Positions 41,408 through 56,400 of a DNA stretch of 64,000 bases are shown here, piece by piece (position 1 is the stretch's first letter; each line of letters opens with the position of its first letter). The notes under the pieces were generated by a model. The model made no database searches and had not been told where the DNA came from. It saw only the letters and a list, made by a program, of their open reading frames with translations. Origin of the DNA: Octopus vulgaris (lineage: Eukaryota); contig OX597821.1 of NCBI GenBank assembly GCA_951406725.2, positions 83,328,001 through 83,392,000 on the forward strand. The letters are read 5' to 3'. Position numbers and translations under genes: made by a program.

Positions 41408-41531
41408 TCAGGCTTTCTGGGCAGACAACTTGTTTATCTTGTTGTGTGATAATTTTATATCTTCAAGGAAAGCTTGTAAGTTCTCAGATGAAAGATCAAG
41501 TTTTAAGAAACGCTCAACCAACAACTGGCAC
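41408..41531 (-). CDS. MSH5: MSH5 last coding exon ([41 protein letters not shown])
   Basis: cttcag acceptor and TGA at 41410-41408; similar to human CQTLVDKFMKLDL. Confidence 0.9.
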
Positions 41532-43931
41532 CTGAAGCAGAAGAGACATAAGAATTAGAATACGGAAGCAGAGTTAGATTAAAATAGTCACCAATGTATC
41601 ATACTTAATGTAAATACATCATTGAAAGGCAAATCGTTTGTGGTATTTGTCAAGATGTAACATCTCTTATGGACATATATTGAGTATAGAGATAGCTATT
41701 TTAATTTAATAATGCTCCTGTTGCATATAACAGATTTTTATTTAGTGGGGCAGCTATTTGCAATGTCAGTGAATGTTTTTCACTGCTTACCTATACACCA
41801 GAGGCAACAATTTTCATGAGTACATACCACTGACAAAGCCCAATGATGCTGAAATGCATCTGACACTCTTGTTAGATGCTGCTAGGACAATTTTTGTCCA
41901 TCTTCTCTGTATATTGTGTCTTTAAAGGCAACATGTCCATAAGAGATGTTATCTCTGGATAAATACCATAACAAGACTTTGTTAAAGTTTAATAGAACAA
42001 CTGATTAAGCTGAACAGTAAAAAAAAAATGAAGAGATTCAAAGCCAGTCCCATATAATTTAAATCGGAAAAATTTGGAGAAACGAGAGAAAATGTAAAAT
42101 ATTTGAAAATTTCAGCAACTCTGGAATCCTCAAAATTAACAAATTTTGCACATCAATAAAATTGTAAATAATTGATTTTAAAATGTTGAGCTGGCTCTAA
42201 ATGGAGAACCAAATCTTGTCCTAGTTAATTCAAAGGACTAAGTCGGGAGAAAATTGAGACATTCTAATGAAAAATTATGAAAATTGACAAATTTCACCAG
42301 AATTTAAACTCAGAACATAAAGGACTGAAAGAAATAACACACAGTATTTTCTCTAAAAAATTCTGCCAATTTATCACCATTGAGACAATAAATAATTATT
42401 TCTAACTTTGGCACAGGGACAGCAATTTTGAGGGGATGGGGTAAGTTGATGACACTGACTCCAGTACTCAACTGGTACTTGTTTTATTGACCCTGAAAGA
42501 ATAAAAGGCAAAGTCGACATTGGTGGAATTTGAACTTAGAATATAAAGCTGAAAATCTGGAAGAAATGCAGCTAAGTGCTTTGTCCAGCATGCTAATGAT
42601 TCTGCCAGCTGGCCACCATATTCAAATTGCAAGTCAGAGGTCTTCAACCAGGGTCCATACAAGATTTTGTTGTTAAAATTTATGTGTAATAAATTGCTTA
42701 TATTTCTACAATACACAATATATTTTAATTTTTTTATACATTTCTTAAACCCCGTGGTCTATGCCAGGGGTGTAACCAGCCCACTTATGCGTACCTTTCC
42801 TTCATTGGACACTAAACTCTGCTTGTGAAGACCTGTTGAGGCAGGTGAAATCAAAATCAAATTCGATGACTGGCATCTGTGCTAGTGGAGTGCTAAGAGC
42901 ACCATCCAAGTGTGATTGCTGCCAGAGCAGCTGACTGGCTTCTGTGCCGGTGGCATGTAAAAAGCACCATTTGAGCGTGATCGTTACCAGTGTCGCCTTA
43001 CTGGCACTTGTGCTGGTGGCACGTGAAAAACATTCGAGCGAGGTTGTTGCCAGTGCCACTAGACTGGCTCCTGTGCAGGTGGCACATTAAAAAACGCCAT
43101 TTGAGCATGGCTGTTGTCAGTACCACCTGACTGGCCCTCGTGCTGGTGGCATGTAAAAGCACCCACTACACTCATAGAGTGGTTGGTGTTAGGAACGGCA
43201 TCCAGCTGTAGAAACTCTGCCAGATCAGATTGGAGCCTTGTGCAGCCATCTGGTTTGCCATTCCTCAGTCAAATCGTCCAACCCATGCTAGCATGGAAAG
43301 CGGATGTTAAACGATGATAATGATGAAAAAAAAATACAGTAGGATTATTTTGACATACAACAAATGACCATGGAGGCCCAGTAGAGTAGAATATGAATCA
43401 ATGGTACCCACAGACAAAAAATGGTTGAGAACCACAGCTATAAATGACAAAAATAAGTTTTTGAAACATACCATTTAAACTTTAAGTCTTGCTTTGCAGT
43501 ATCAATGTTATATATTGGTTTGTTCTCTTGAATTAACTTGGAAATCTTGAGAAAGGTGAAGTAAATGTGAAAGATTAAGTCCTCTAAGATATCATGGAAT
43601 TTTATTGAGCTTAATTTACAAAAAAATGATGACAGAATAGTCTTTTACATATTCCTTATGTTATGTATATTGATACCAACTTAGCTATTATTTTTCTCAT
43701 GGATGACATTCCTAAATAAATTATTATTTAAACAATTCTATTTCCTTATACCATTATATATATATTTATTTACAAGCTTGACTGAGTCATAGGTGTGGAT
43801 GTGTGGTTAAGAAGTTTACTACCCAATCACATGGTTCCAGGTTCAGTCCCAATGGATGGCACCTTGTACTATAACTTCAGGCCACCTAAAACCTTGTAAG
43901 TGGATTTGGTAGATGTATACTGAAAGAAGTT

Positions 43932-43983
<52 letters not shown>

Positions 43984-46900
43984 GTAAAGATATATATATA
44001 TAGGCACATAAAAGACATCATCTGAGTGTGGTTCTTGCCAGTACTGCCTGACTGGTTCCTATGCTGGTGACACATAAAAAGCACCATCCGAGTGTGGTCA
44101 ATGCCAATTCCACTTGACTGGCCTGTGCCAGTGGCACATAAAAAGCACTCACTGAACTTTCAGAGTGGTTGCTGTCAGGAAGGGCACCCAGCTGTAGAAA
44201 CCTTGCCAGATCAGATTGGAGCCTGGTACACCCTCTGGCTTGCCAGTCCGCAGTCAAACCGTCCAACCCATGCCAGCATGGAAAGTAGACATTAAATGAT
44301 GATGCTATATGTACAATCACATGTATATATACATGCACACATAACGTGTGTGTGTGTGTGTGTGTGTGTATGTTAATGTTGCCTTGCCTTGACACTGCAT
44401 GACAGTTGTAAATGCATATCACTGTCATACAAGCAGTGTCATTCATCATCATCATCGTTTAACGTCCGCTTTCCATGCTAGCATGGGTTGAACAATTTGA
44501 CTGAGGACTGGCGAACCGGATGGCTGCACCAGGCTCCAGTCTTGATCTGGCAGAGTTTCTACAGCTGGATTGCCTTCCTAACGCCAACCACTCCGAGAGT
44601 GTAGTGGGTGCTTTTTACGTGCCACCGGCACAGGGGCCAGTCAGGTGGTACTGGCAACGGCATTCATTTCCAATATTCTGTGAAGACATGTCTGGCCATT
44701 GGGAAGTATTAATTTACTTGGGAACAAGTGAGGGTTGGTGACAGGAAAGGCAACCAGCTGTAGAAAATCTGACTCAATAAACTCTGTCTGTTCCATGCAA
44801 GCATGGGAAAGTGGATGTTAAAACAACAATGACCAATGATGAATATGAAAAAAGAGTGGTTGGTGTTAGGAAGGATACCCAGCTGTAGAAACCTTGCCAG
44901 ATAAGATTGGAGCCTGGTTCAGCCTCTGGCTTGCCAGTCCGCAGTCAAACCGTCCAACCCATGGCAGTGGTGGAAACGATGACGATGACTACTCATTCAT
45001 TCATTCAATCACAAATACATTGGAGGCAGGGTACTAACATACAGCTATCATAACAAACTATCTACACATTTAAATATATCTGTGAATGCATACCACCATG
45101 CAAGTGAGCTAATCATTATCTGAGCACTAATATAATTATCCTATCATCAATTATCACAGAAATATATATACAAACTTACCGTTTTGCCACGCTCCACAAT
45201 TTCCACAGGTAATCCAGCTTGCAATGCTGTTTCATTGGCAAAGCTACAGTCAGAGAAACCTTTGGTGATTTGGTAGAGGAAGACAACTTCGTCTTTATTG
45301 GTCAAGGTCTCCATTGTCTGTTAACAGAAATGTCCGATGACAACGAAAGTCAAGTTGTCATTTTAAATATTTGAATCTAACAGAAATCTGAATACTGAAG
45401 TATATTCCAAGTACAAGATACAAGTACAATTAACTGTGTTGTGTGTGAGTGAGTATGACTCAGTGAAATATGTCATACTTTTAATAAATGGTTTTTAGGT
45501 GCCTATGCAGTTGTGAGCAGACATTCATGTATTCTTGGCCCTTTAACCCTTGATTCAGCAGAACATCCAGGATGCAACACTGTGTGTATGTGTGTGCATA
45601 TTAGTGTGTGATACATATATATCATTAGTATATCATAAATCAAAAAGAGAAGCACACTTTAAGTTATAGAGCAGTATTTAAATAAAGTTAGTTGTGGCTG
45701 TTCTATGGGGTTACCCTGGGTTTCATGAGATGTTGAAAATGGGAGTTTATATATTGTAGGGTACTTCTTATTCAACCAATGTTTCAAGTTAATAATAATT
45801 TAAAGTTTTAGAAATGTCTACATTTTAAGAAAATATTGAGTATGGATATAAAGATTATATGAAAGATGACAAAAAATATGAGCACCCGCTTCAAGAGTTC
45901 ATCTCTGATGATCTCACATTTTAATCATCTATGTTATATTTTCTTTATAACCAAACTGATGATCTCACATTTAAAATTGAACAGGTATTCCTTACCAGAT
46001 ATTCAAGAGTTGGTGAAGCAGGCAGCAGTTTCTGTTCTATAATGTCATGAAAGTTGGTACTGACCAAAACATGGGGGCAGTTCTCCATGGTGAGCCAGTG
46101 ACGGAGACTGGCACACAACAATGTCAAACCATCAACCTGTTGGTGGAAACAACAGTATTTCATGTCACAAGGCCAGCAATTTTGGGGGCAGGGCAAGTTG
46201 ATTACACTGACTCCAGCACTCAACTGGTACTTATTTTATTGACTCCAAAAGGATGAAAGGCAAAGCCAACCACATTGGGATTTGAACTCAGAATACAAAG
46301 ACAGGTGAAGATCTGCTAAGCTTTTTGCCTGGCATGCTAACAATTCTGCCATCATGCTGCTTTGAAAAGCTAGAATATATTGGAATGAGTTTCTTGATGA
46401 TGTGTCCTGATCCTTGGAAGGATGGGTACTCAATGCTGTAAGCTAATAAAACATTTGTAAATTTTACAGTGCTCCCACTGACATACAGTGATGAACCATT
46501 GCTACAAAGTGGTAGCAATTTCTGTAAATGTAACTTACAAGGTAGACATACAAACAGGGTAGACATACAAACAGATTGTAAAAATGAAAGATGAGATGGT
46601 CATGGTAGGGATGCTTTTGATTATAGGTCTGTTAGGTCAGCACTGACCTGAGGTTAATCAACAACAATGATGATGTTGATGATGACGACAACAACCAACC
46701 AACTAATTAATTAATTAAATGACCACTAATATTCAGGTCAGCTAGAATGACTGATATTATAAGGGCTTCATACTTTGCACCACATTTAGCAGAGATGAAG
46801 TCAGACTTACCGATTCTGTTCCTTTACCAAATTCATCAACAATGACCAAAGATCTACCTGTTGCATGTCTCAGACAATCTGACATCTTTGTGGTGCCAAT

Positions 46901-49900
46901 ATAGGGATAAAAAAAAAGAAAAGGAGACAAGACAAAATGTCAATAGTATGAAGAAAAGTGATAAAATCAAAGAAAACTGAGTCAATGAGGAAGATTTTAT
47001 GTGGTCACTGTAGCTAGAAATAGCAGCCAAGTCTCCTTCAAACCACAACTTAACATTTAAAAATACAAAAGGTTGATTGGATAGATGTAATTATTAGATA
47101 AACATGTGGACATTGGATAGATGTAGTCTTAGATACACTTTTTTAGTTTGTTCCTTGCTGTACTGCACATCAGTGAATTTGGCTGGATGGTGCCAGTAGC
47201 ATAGCAGTTGCTCTTTGAGAAGAGAGTGATGGTGCCACACTCAACCCTTTTCTTCATTTCTGGTGAAAGAGATGATGATACACATATGGTTCTCCAGAAT
47301 CCATCACTCAGCATAACATAGCTGACTGGGGGTGGGGTGGGGGTGAGGAGAGAATAGACTGGCAGCAATATGTAATGGGACAGTTTGTTTCTCAACACTG
47401 GAAGGATAGAAAGTAAAGTTAACCATGGCAGGAATTGAACTCGGAAAACAGAGAAGGCCAGAGTAAATGCTGCAAGGCATTCTAGCCAAATGCTTCAACA
47501 ATTCTACTAATTTGCCTCCTTTTTACATACATCATCATATATGGGATGGGGAATACCCATACTGTCCAGCCTCGAATGAAGAACCATCCTAATCATAGAG
47601 CAGCTCAATTAGGGCTGACCTGGGACTAAATGACAATTAGAAATAATGGGTTTCTGCCTGGTTTAATCATTTGCTGTTTTATAAGAGAGGGGAATGGAAG
47701 AGTGAAAGAGTGATGCATTTTCTGAAGAGATTAGAATTATTGGCAATGTGAGGAGGAACAGTTCCACAATATTCATGGAACTAAACTACATCTGCTTCTC
47801 TCAAATTAAACCATTGAACATTATAACATTATTATCTATTCCATTATCACTCACCACTATCAAAGTTAACAAAGCAGCCTCTATCCAGCTGCCCCGTGAG
47901 CTGGGATTAGCAACAGATTACACCCTGTGATCAGGCAAAAAGAAAGGACAGATTGAAAAATTGAAGTTCTCATTATACTTCCTTTAGTTAAAAAAACAAA
48001 AAATGAGATGGTCAAAGCTGGGTCTCAACAAAAGGACAGTCCACGTATTCCTTTTCAAATCTATTGCAAAACATAACTTGCACCACTGCCAACACTATTA
48101 TCTTTATTGCTGCAGTCATCTTACTACAAGTTCTCTATATTACAGAGAATTGTTAAGTCAAAAGAATAAATGACCAACTCACCTGGTTAATATCGAGCAT
48201 GAAAGTTGACAACCCAACAGAGACACTTTCTTGAGACTTGATACGAGTAAAGATCCTGTCAACAGTACAAACAGTGCTGGGACTTTCAGCTGGAACGAAG
48301 CTGCCAATGTAGGACATGTACAAAATGAGGGCTACCTATAATAATCAAGAATGACAATGACAAATTCTTCAGATGACATGTTTAAGAAACAAGCAAACAT
48401 CATAAATAACGGTGAACTTCTGCATCATCATCATCATCATCATCATCATCATTTAACGTCCGCTTTCCATGCTAGCATGGGTTGGAAGATTTGACTGAGG
48501 ACTGGTGAACAAGATGGCTGCACTAGACTTCAATCTGATCTGGCAGAGTTTCTACAGCTGGATGCCCTTCCTAATGCCAACCACTCCTAGAGTGTAGTGG
48601 GTGCTTTTAGGTGCCAGTCTGGCGGTACTAGCAAACAGCTACGCTCAAATGGTGTTTATTACGTGCCACCCGCACAGGAGCCAGTCCAGCGGCACTAGCA
48701 ATGACCTCGCTCGAATGTCTTGTTCACGTGCCACCAGCACAAGTGCCAGTAAGGTGACGCTGGTAATGATCATGCTCAAATGGTGCTCTTTACGTTCCAC
48801 CGGTACGGAAACCAGACAGCTGCTCTGGCAGTGATCCCGCTTGGATGGAGCTGTTAGCGCTCCACTGGCACAGGTGCCAGTCATCGAATTTGGTTCAATT
48901 TATGTGAAACTAAATTTCAAAAGAATAAAGTCTCTAACAAATTGATCTGTTAGTATTACATTTTTTGCTAGAGACAAATATATAAGTTACCAGCCAATAT
49001 CAAATGTCCTAAGGGATAAAATACTGGACTCTCAGCTCATAGGTCATGAGTTCAACTCAATTGCAGTTCAGAAGTTTTGTTGTTTCTGTCGGAGAGAGAT
49101 CACTTCATTCTACATTGTTTCCATTCACCTAGCCATCAGGGATCCGTTTAGTCATGACAGCATTCACAGTTCATTTAAGACTGTTACTTGTGATAAATTT
49201 ATATTTGCCTCAATTCATCTAGTTGACAGCAACAGTTACCAGATTATCCTATATCACCTGGGAATGTTAATTGTGAAGGACAGAGAATCTATCCAGGTGA
49301 TATTTTATATGCCATTTCCTTAATACCACAAAACCAAACTTACATTACAACTCTTAAGGGTTCTTCAGATACAGAGAGACGTTTAAGGCATTTCAATAAC
49401 CTCTGATTACTTGAAGAGTTAAAGATTATCTGGACTTCCATCAGCTCAGATAAACGAAGAAATAATGCAAAAAACACACAACACCAGATGAGACACTATC
49501 AAATATGTAGCATTACAGTTAGTATTTTCAAAGGGATTCATTGTCTGGTAAGCTGTAAGGTAACCTCACTGGTGTTGGTGGCTCAAGAAAAAAAAAGAAA
49601 AAAGGCACCAAGTATATGCTCTAAAGTGGTTGACATTAGGAAGAATATCCAACTGTAGAAACCATGCCAAAACAGAAACTGGATCACAACACAGTCCTTG
49701 GACAGACTGGATTCTATTAAACTGTCCATGGAAAATGGAAAATGGACATTAAATGATGATATACACTGTGAACAATGGTGTTAGACAATGTATTAACTTT
49801 TGTAAATTTCAACAGGGCTGCAATCTTCAGAATTTGGAATTATCAAGTTAAGTTAAAATTTATACTGTCAAATCTGAAATGTGCCTGATGGACCTACATA

Positions 49901-51798
49901 ACAAATTAAATTTGTCTCACCTAATTAAAATATGTATGCCTGGAAAGATCTAATAGTTTTTTTTTTGTTGTTTTTTTTTTTTGAAAATCATGAAAATTTG
50001 CAAATTTTAACAGGATTGGAGTCTTAAAAATTTTCCATTTTCAAGGAATAACAAAGTTTAAATCATTAAGTGCAAAAATGTGATGTTGGTCTAAAATAAT
50101 ATATTAAAACATGTTCCAGCTAACTGAGATGGGGACATGTTCAGAAATTTGAATTTTGACAAATTCTACTTTGAAAATTCATAGAAATTTGGAAATTTCA
50201 AACATATTGAAGTCATTTATTTTTTGGGCATATTTTATAAGGGAGAAAGAGAGTATTTTTGAATGTTACAGTTTGTACCTTGCTTGAAACAAGTAAAAAC
50301 TAAAAATTCTAATAAGCACCTGCAAAAGGAAAAAAAAAATCAATTTTCACTTATAATAAAGGAAGCAAATGACAGACCCAAATTCAGGAGTAGGCCTCAC
50401 AACCCATGCACAGTTTAACACCCCCACCTGGCCTTTGGGTGCCTTTAGCAGAATTCACTTTATTGCAAGCACCTGATTCACTTGAGCCATCGTTTTCTTA
50501 CTCGCAGGTATTCAGGTTAGACATCAGCCACATGAATCCTACTAGTCATGGAGGGTCTCCAAAAGCCACAGGAACTTCCCATCCGCCTTTTAACAAGAAG
50601 AAAAGAAAAAGAAAGAGCATGCAAGCAGAAATTAAAAAGCTGTCTCTCACCTGCTTCAAATATACACTTTTACCAGATGCATTTGGTCCAGTTAATATCT
50701 TCAGTTTTGGATGCCGTCCACCACTTGTGATATCATTGGCAACATATGGACTGGATACAATCTCCTGCAATGGGTGCCTGGTGTAAGGACAGTGGCAAAT
50801 AACTTAGTGATGTACATGACTTTTCAGATCGTCAAACACTCCAATCCACACCACAACCACCCCTAGCAACAACAGAACAACATTCCACCAATATCACCCC
50901 TTTAACACATTCCGCAAGCACAACCTCCAGTATTGGTTCCTGTTTTCATTCTCCTACTTCTGTTGATTATTGTCAGAGAAATGACTCCAAATTCTGTTTT
51001 CTTAACCATTTTTTAGCTAAACTCCAAGCCTACAGGAGAAATTCCATTTATCTCTGTCTTGTTTCTTGACAAAGAGCTTTTGTTCAAAACATTTGATGAA
51101 GTTTATTCTTCTGACAGTATAAATTAATCACTGTGTTATGCTATGTAGGTGATGCTTATCATGCCTTAGATCACATGGATTTATTATCAAGCCCTTCTCA
51201 CGAGTTAAACTGGATTGTTTGTTTGTTTATGTGTGTGTGTGTGTGTTGTGTGTGTGTGTGTGCATTTATCTTTATTGTTTGAGTTATTTCTTTCAGCATA
51301 TGTTAAATTCATTCAGCTCTTGTTTAAATTAAGCAAATTACTGTAGGATACAAATGTTTTATACACTGTTTTGTGAATGTCTAAGTATCTAGGTAGGCTT
51401 CAGGATTCAAAACAGGACAAATGCTGTGTTGATGACATCTAATGAGGCAGAAACATGTCAACAGCTGTCTTTTTGTCTCTAGACAACCAAAGTGTTTTTT
51501 TTTATGGTATTTCAATTTTGAGGATATTTTTCAATTTTAAGTTTATCTTCCCTTGTCAATAAGTGTTTGATTACAATTTCCACGAAATTAGTTTATCTTC
51601 TCTGAAAAGGGAGAAAATTTCAATAAACCAAAAAATAGCTTGCATCATATTTATATATTTTTATTAATCTTCATTATTTGTAAATATATATATATATATA
51701 CACACACACACAACCTTTTGGCTGACATACCCTCCAACCTTCATCAGGTGTCTTGGGGAAATTTTGAACCTGGGTTCTCATTCCTAAGGTATTTTTTG

Positions 51799-51850
<52 letters not shown>

Positions 51851-51875
51851 TATAATAATGATAATAATAATGATA

Positions 51876-51938
<63 letters not shown>

Positions 51939-52424
51939 GTAATAATAATAATAATAACATCGAAAAATACCTTAGGAATGAGAACCCAGGTTTGAAATTT
52001 CCCCAAGACACCTGATGAAGGCTGGAGGGGTATATCAGCCGAAATGTTGTGTTAACAACAAATAAGATGAGGACAAAATGTAAATAATGTACATAATTCC
52101 TCATCTCTTAAATATAGAACTATATACATACATATATATATATCAAATGGTACTTTTTATGTGCAGGTGGCACATAAAAAGCACCATTTGAGCGTGGCCA
52201 TTGCCAGTACCACCTAACTGGCCCTCGTGCCGGTGGCACATGAAAAGCACCCACTACATTCTCAGAGTGGTTGGCGTTAGGAAGGGCATCCAGCTGTAGA
52301 AACTCTGCCAGATCAGATTGGAGTCTGGTGCAGCCATCTGGTTCACCAGTCCTCAGTTAAATCTTCCAACCCATGCTAGCATGGAAAGCAGATGTTAAAC
52401 GATGATGATGATGATGATATTTAT

Positions 52425-52495
<71 letters not shown>

Positions 52496-53368
52496 GATTG
52501 AAAGAAAGCTTTTAAATTTTTGAATACCTACCTGCCAGCTTTGATATCAATTACGTTTTCAGAGGTAAATGTTGGTTGGACATAGCCAAATTCTTGAGCA
52601 CAAAGACTGAGTGCTATAAGACTGTTCAATTATACAAAAATTAACACATATTAAAGTAGGTCACATCGTTAGAACTTTTGTAATTAAATTTCATATACCA
52701 GCTGCAATTATTTCACTTCGCTTATATTTTTATAACATTTTTTTTCATCCATTTGTGAACAATAAGCACTATTGGTGATAGGGTTTCCATAGATCAATAA
52801 CTGATTTATTGCATTTCCAATGAAATAAGTTACAAGAGATTGTTTTTGCATTTTGGACAGACAGAACAAATACAAGTTCTTGATTACTGGGATCAGCTCA
52901 AGAAGGTCTCCAATGCTACTGTGAGCACTATATTATTGTCCAAATGATGTTGGCATCAACTCTAAAATTCCCTCATGCAATCTTCCTACTACAAAAATCA
53001 TGTTTGTATCACATAACATCACTAAGACAGAACTATTTCACCTCAACTGGCCTTGTTCTCTTTAACATTATGCCAAGGTACATAAGGGAAGAAAAAGATC
53101 TCATAGTATTGAAATGGTTCCTGGATGAATTCCTCCAACAAATTCCAGGTAAACCACCAACACCCAGATGTATCTCTACAAACAATACCTCTTTGCTGAA
53201 ATGGGCCACAGAGCCCAAAGCATGACTGTAACAGGAAACAATTAAATGTCTAATGGAGCTCTTGAGTGAGTCATCACCGAGGCCAATTATGGCTGAAACC
53301 TAAGTATATGAGGTAATTTTGGTGCCATGGACCAATTTATCAGATATTATGTATATCTTTCATCAGTT

Positions 53369-53429
<61 letters not shown>

Positions 53430-56400
53430 ATGTATGTATACGAGACAAAATGTCTGTAGGTCAATGAGTACTGATCACTCATTAGTTGGTTTTAAGCTTT
53501 TTCCATCCAAGGGGTTTTAATTTGAAATTTACATGTTGTTATTTAAAGTTTATCTACTTTGAGTTCCACCACTAAAAACGATTTATATGATAAATATTTT
53601 TATATCATCTCAGTGAAGAATATCAAATACTTTTTTTATTATGTCTTAGCCAGATATTTTCTCAAGGTCTCAGAGACTGAGACTTTCTCAGGTGGAGAAA
53701 CAGAGGAGGAAGAAGTGACATGTGTTGATGCGGAAGAAAAACAATACATCTGGATATTGAGTTCTCAGAGCGGAGATATACACCTGCATGCTCACAACTG
53801 AATGAATTCTGTTAAAGGTACTCAAAAACAGGCCAGACGTAAACCAAGCAATGGAGTGAGTCTACCACCCAAGTTAGTTTCACAGCATTCATTTTAATTG
53901 CCGCATATCTATAAATGTATTTCTGATCTAATTAACCAAACACATTTTCAGGACATTGTAGCTTTAACACATAACCCAATTAATTTATGCTGTGACACCA
54001 AAACTCTGAATTAATTGGTGGGACTTTTTCGAGTTATCTTTTAAATCCTTCTATCAGAGGGTCAGAACTAAAATACCTTCCCTGTTTGATCACTCACTTC
54101 CCTATAATGAGAGACATTATATTTAAAGTTTCTAACACTATCTAGGAAAGAGAATTACTAAACGTTTTTAACAATGTCAGTGTTATAGGTCACAGGATAT
54201 ATAACTAGGCTACAAATTAAATTCCAGAACAGACATTATGACTCTGGCTGTAACATATCAGTTACTATGGCATTATAACACTTACTTCAATGCTGACTAT
54301 GTAACATTAACATAACTCTTATTATAATACTTATATGACCCTTACTATAACACTTACTATGACACTATGACATTTACTATGACCTTTACAAGAAGCCTTA
54401 CTATAACATTTACTATGCTCCTTATAATGATACAATGTTATTTACGTTGCTGGCAAAATTTCCGGTGCTTGTTGCACCTGGGTAAGGTTCCATAAAACTC
54501 ACCAATCCAGTTCTGCTGCAGAATCCATGACATTAAACAATACTTGACAATGTTCCAATATAGTGTCCTGTAGTTGATGCATTATTGCTGTTTCATGGTC
54601 TGTAATAACGATAAAGGAACAACAAGAAGAAGATGTTTTAATGGAATGTTAAACATGAATAAACATTACATGCTTGCCTCTGGCTATCGCTATAATGACT
54701 GCAGTGAGGAAGAGACATATTAGCCATTCAATAACACATGAAGATGCACTGCATCTCATGTGGTGGAAATCATGTTAGTGGCCCAAATGTAGTTGATGAG
54801 GGAAAAATGTTGACACCAAATAATAAATGTTTAAATGAAGTTAACAGTTGTGGCTGTGTGGTAAGGAGTTTGCTTTCCAGTCACATAGTTTTAGGTTCAG
54901 TCTCACAGCTTGGCACCTTGGGCAAGAGTCTTCTACTAAAGACTCAGACCAACCAAAGCCACATGAATGCATCTGGTAGATGGGAGCTGAAATAAGCCTG
55001 TCCTACATGTTTGTGTGGGGGGTGCCCTTGTGTTTATCCTCCATCCCACCCCCACTGACACTGCTTGAGCAGTGGAGATGTTTATTTATGTTTGTTTGCA
55101 TAAACAATGTCTTAGTAGTTTGATATGTGAACACATGGAATTAAGAAACTTATTCAAAAACAGGTAAGGATCGGTGACAAGAAAAATTTTGGTTATAAAA
55201 TCCTGCTTTGTCCAACTTATGGAACAAAAAGGAGGTAAAAAAATTATGATGGATGATATATTTGTTGAATAATTGCAGTTATAAATGCTAAACAGCTAAA
55301 TAAAGCTTGCAGTCCACTCAAAATATGCACTGCCCTGGATTATAAGGTTACATGTTTGTGTGAGTGTGTGCTTATATTTTACATAAACATATGTAAATGT
55401 TTTATATATATATATATAAACAGAGGGAGAGAGAGGGGGGAGAGAGAAAGAGAGAAACAAAAGGTATTTGGTAGTATACAGAATTTGGTATTAATAGCAA
55501 ATCATTCCTTACCAGTGATCTCACATTGTGTGTCACCTAAAATCTTGTCTAAATCTGAAAATACAAGATTATCAAAGAATTAGCAGAATAAATGGCCAAA
55601 TCAGAGGAAGAAGGAGATTTGGATTAGGGAGGAAAGAGAAAGCAGCTACAAAGCCTGGTCCAAATGCTTACAACAGAGGGTGCACTGCAAAAGGCATCCA
55701 ATAATTAGATGTTAAACAGGGCAATGGATAAAGTCTGTTGTTAGGAAGGGCATCCAGCAGTAAAAACCATACCAAAGCATACAGTGGAGCTTGGTGCAGC
55801 CCTATGGCTGCTCAACAGCTCCCATTAAACTGTCTGACCAACACCAGTAGGGAAAACAGATATTACAAGGTGATGATAACTATGCACAACCCAACCATGT
55901 TAGTTTGCATGAGTCCATGGTCATTGTAGACTAGTAACTGTTGCATTCTGACTGAATCACCCTTGCTCATCTTAGCTGTAACCATAAAAACAATAGCAGT
56001 GGAGGCGCAATGGCCCAGTGGTTAGGGCAGCGGACTCGCGGTCATAAGAATATGGTTTCGATTCCCAGACTGGGCATTGTGAGTGTTTATTGAGCAAAAA
56101 CACCTAAACTCCACAAGGCTCCGGCGAGGGGGGGGGGGGGCTGCTGTACTCTTTCACCACAACTTTCTCTCACTCTTTCTTCCTACTTCTGCCACAAAGC
56201 AGAGGAACCATGGTGTAACCCCCCTATGGTGTGGTAAACTTTCAGACCTTAGTCTAGATTGCGAATCCTCTGTATCCCAGGATGGTTCAGCTCTCCACCC
56301 GTTAAAAGCCACCATTTACGGAATGAGGATAACAACGTAGCTTTCGCGCCCGTGCAACCGCCAGTCTATCGCGTGTGGTGGGTGGATCTTTAAGTTGCCA

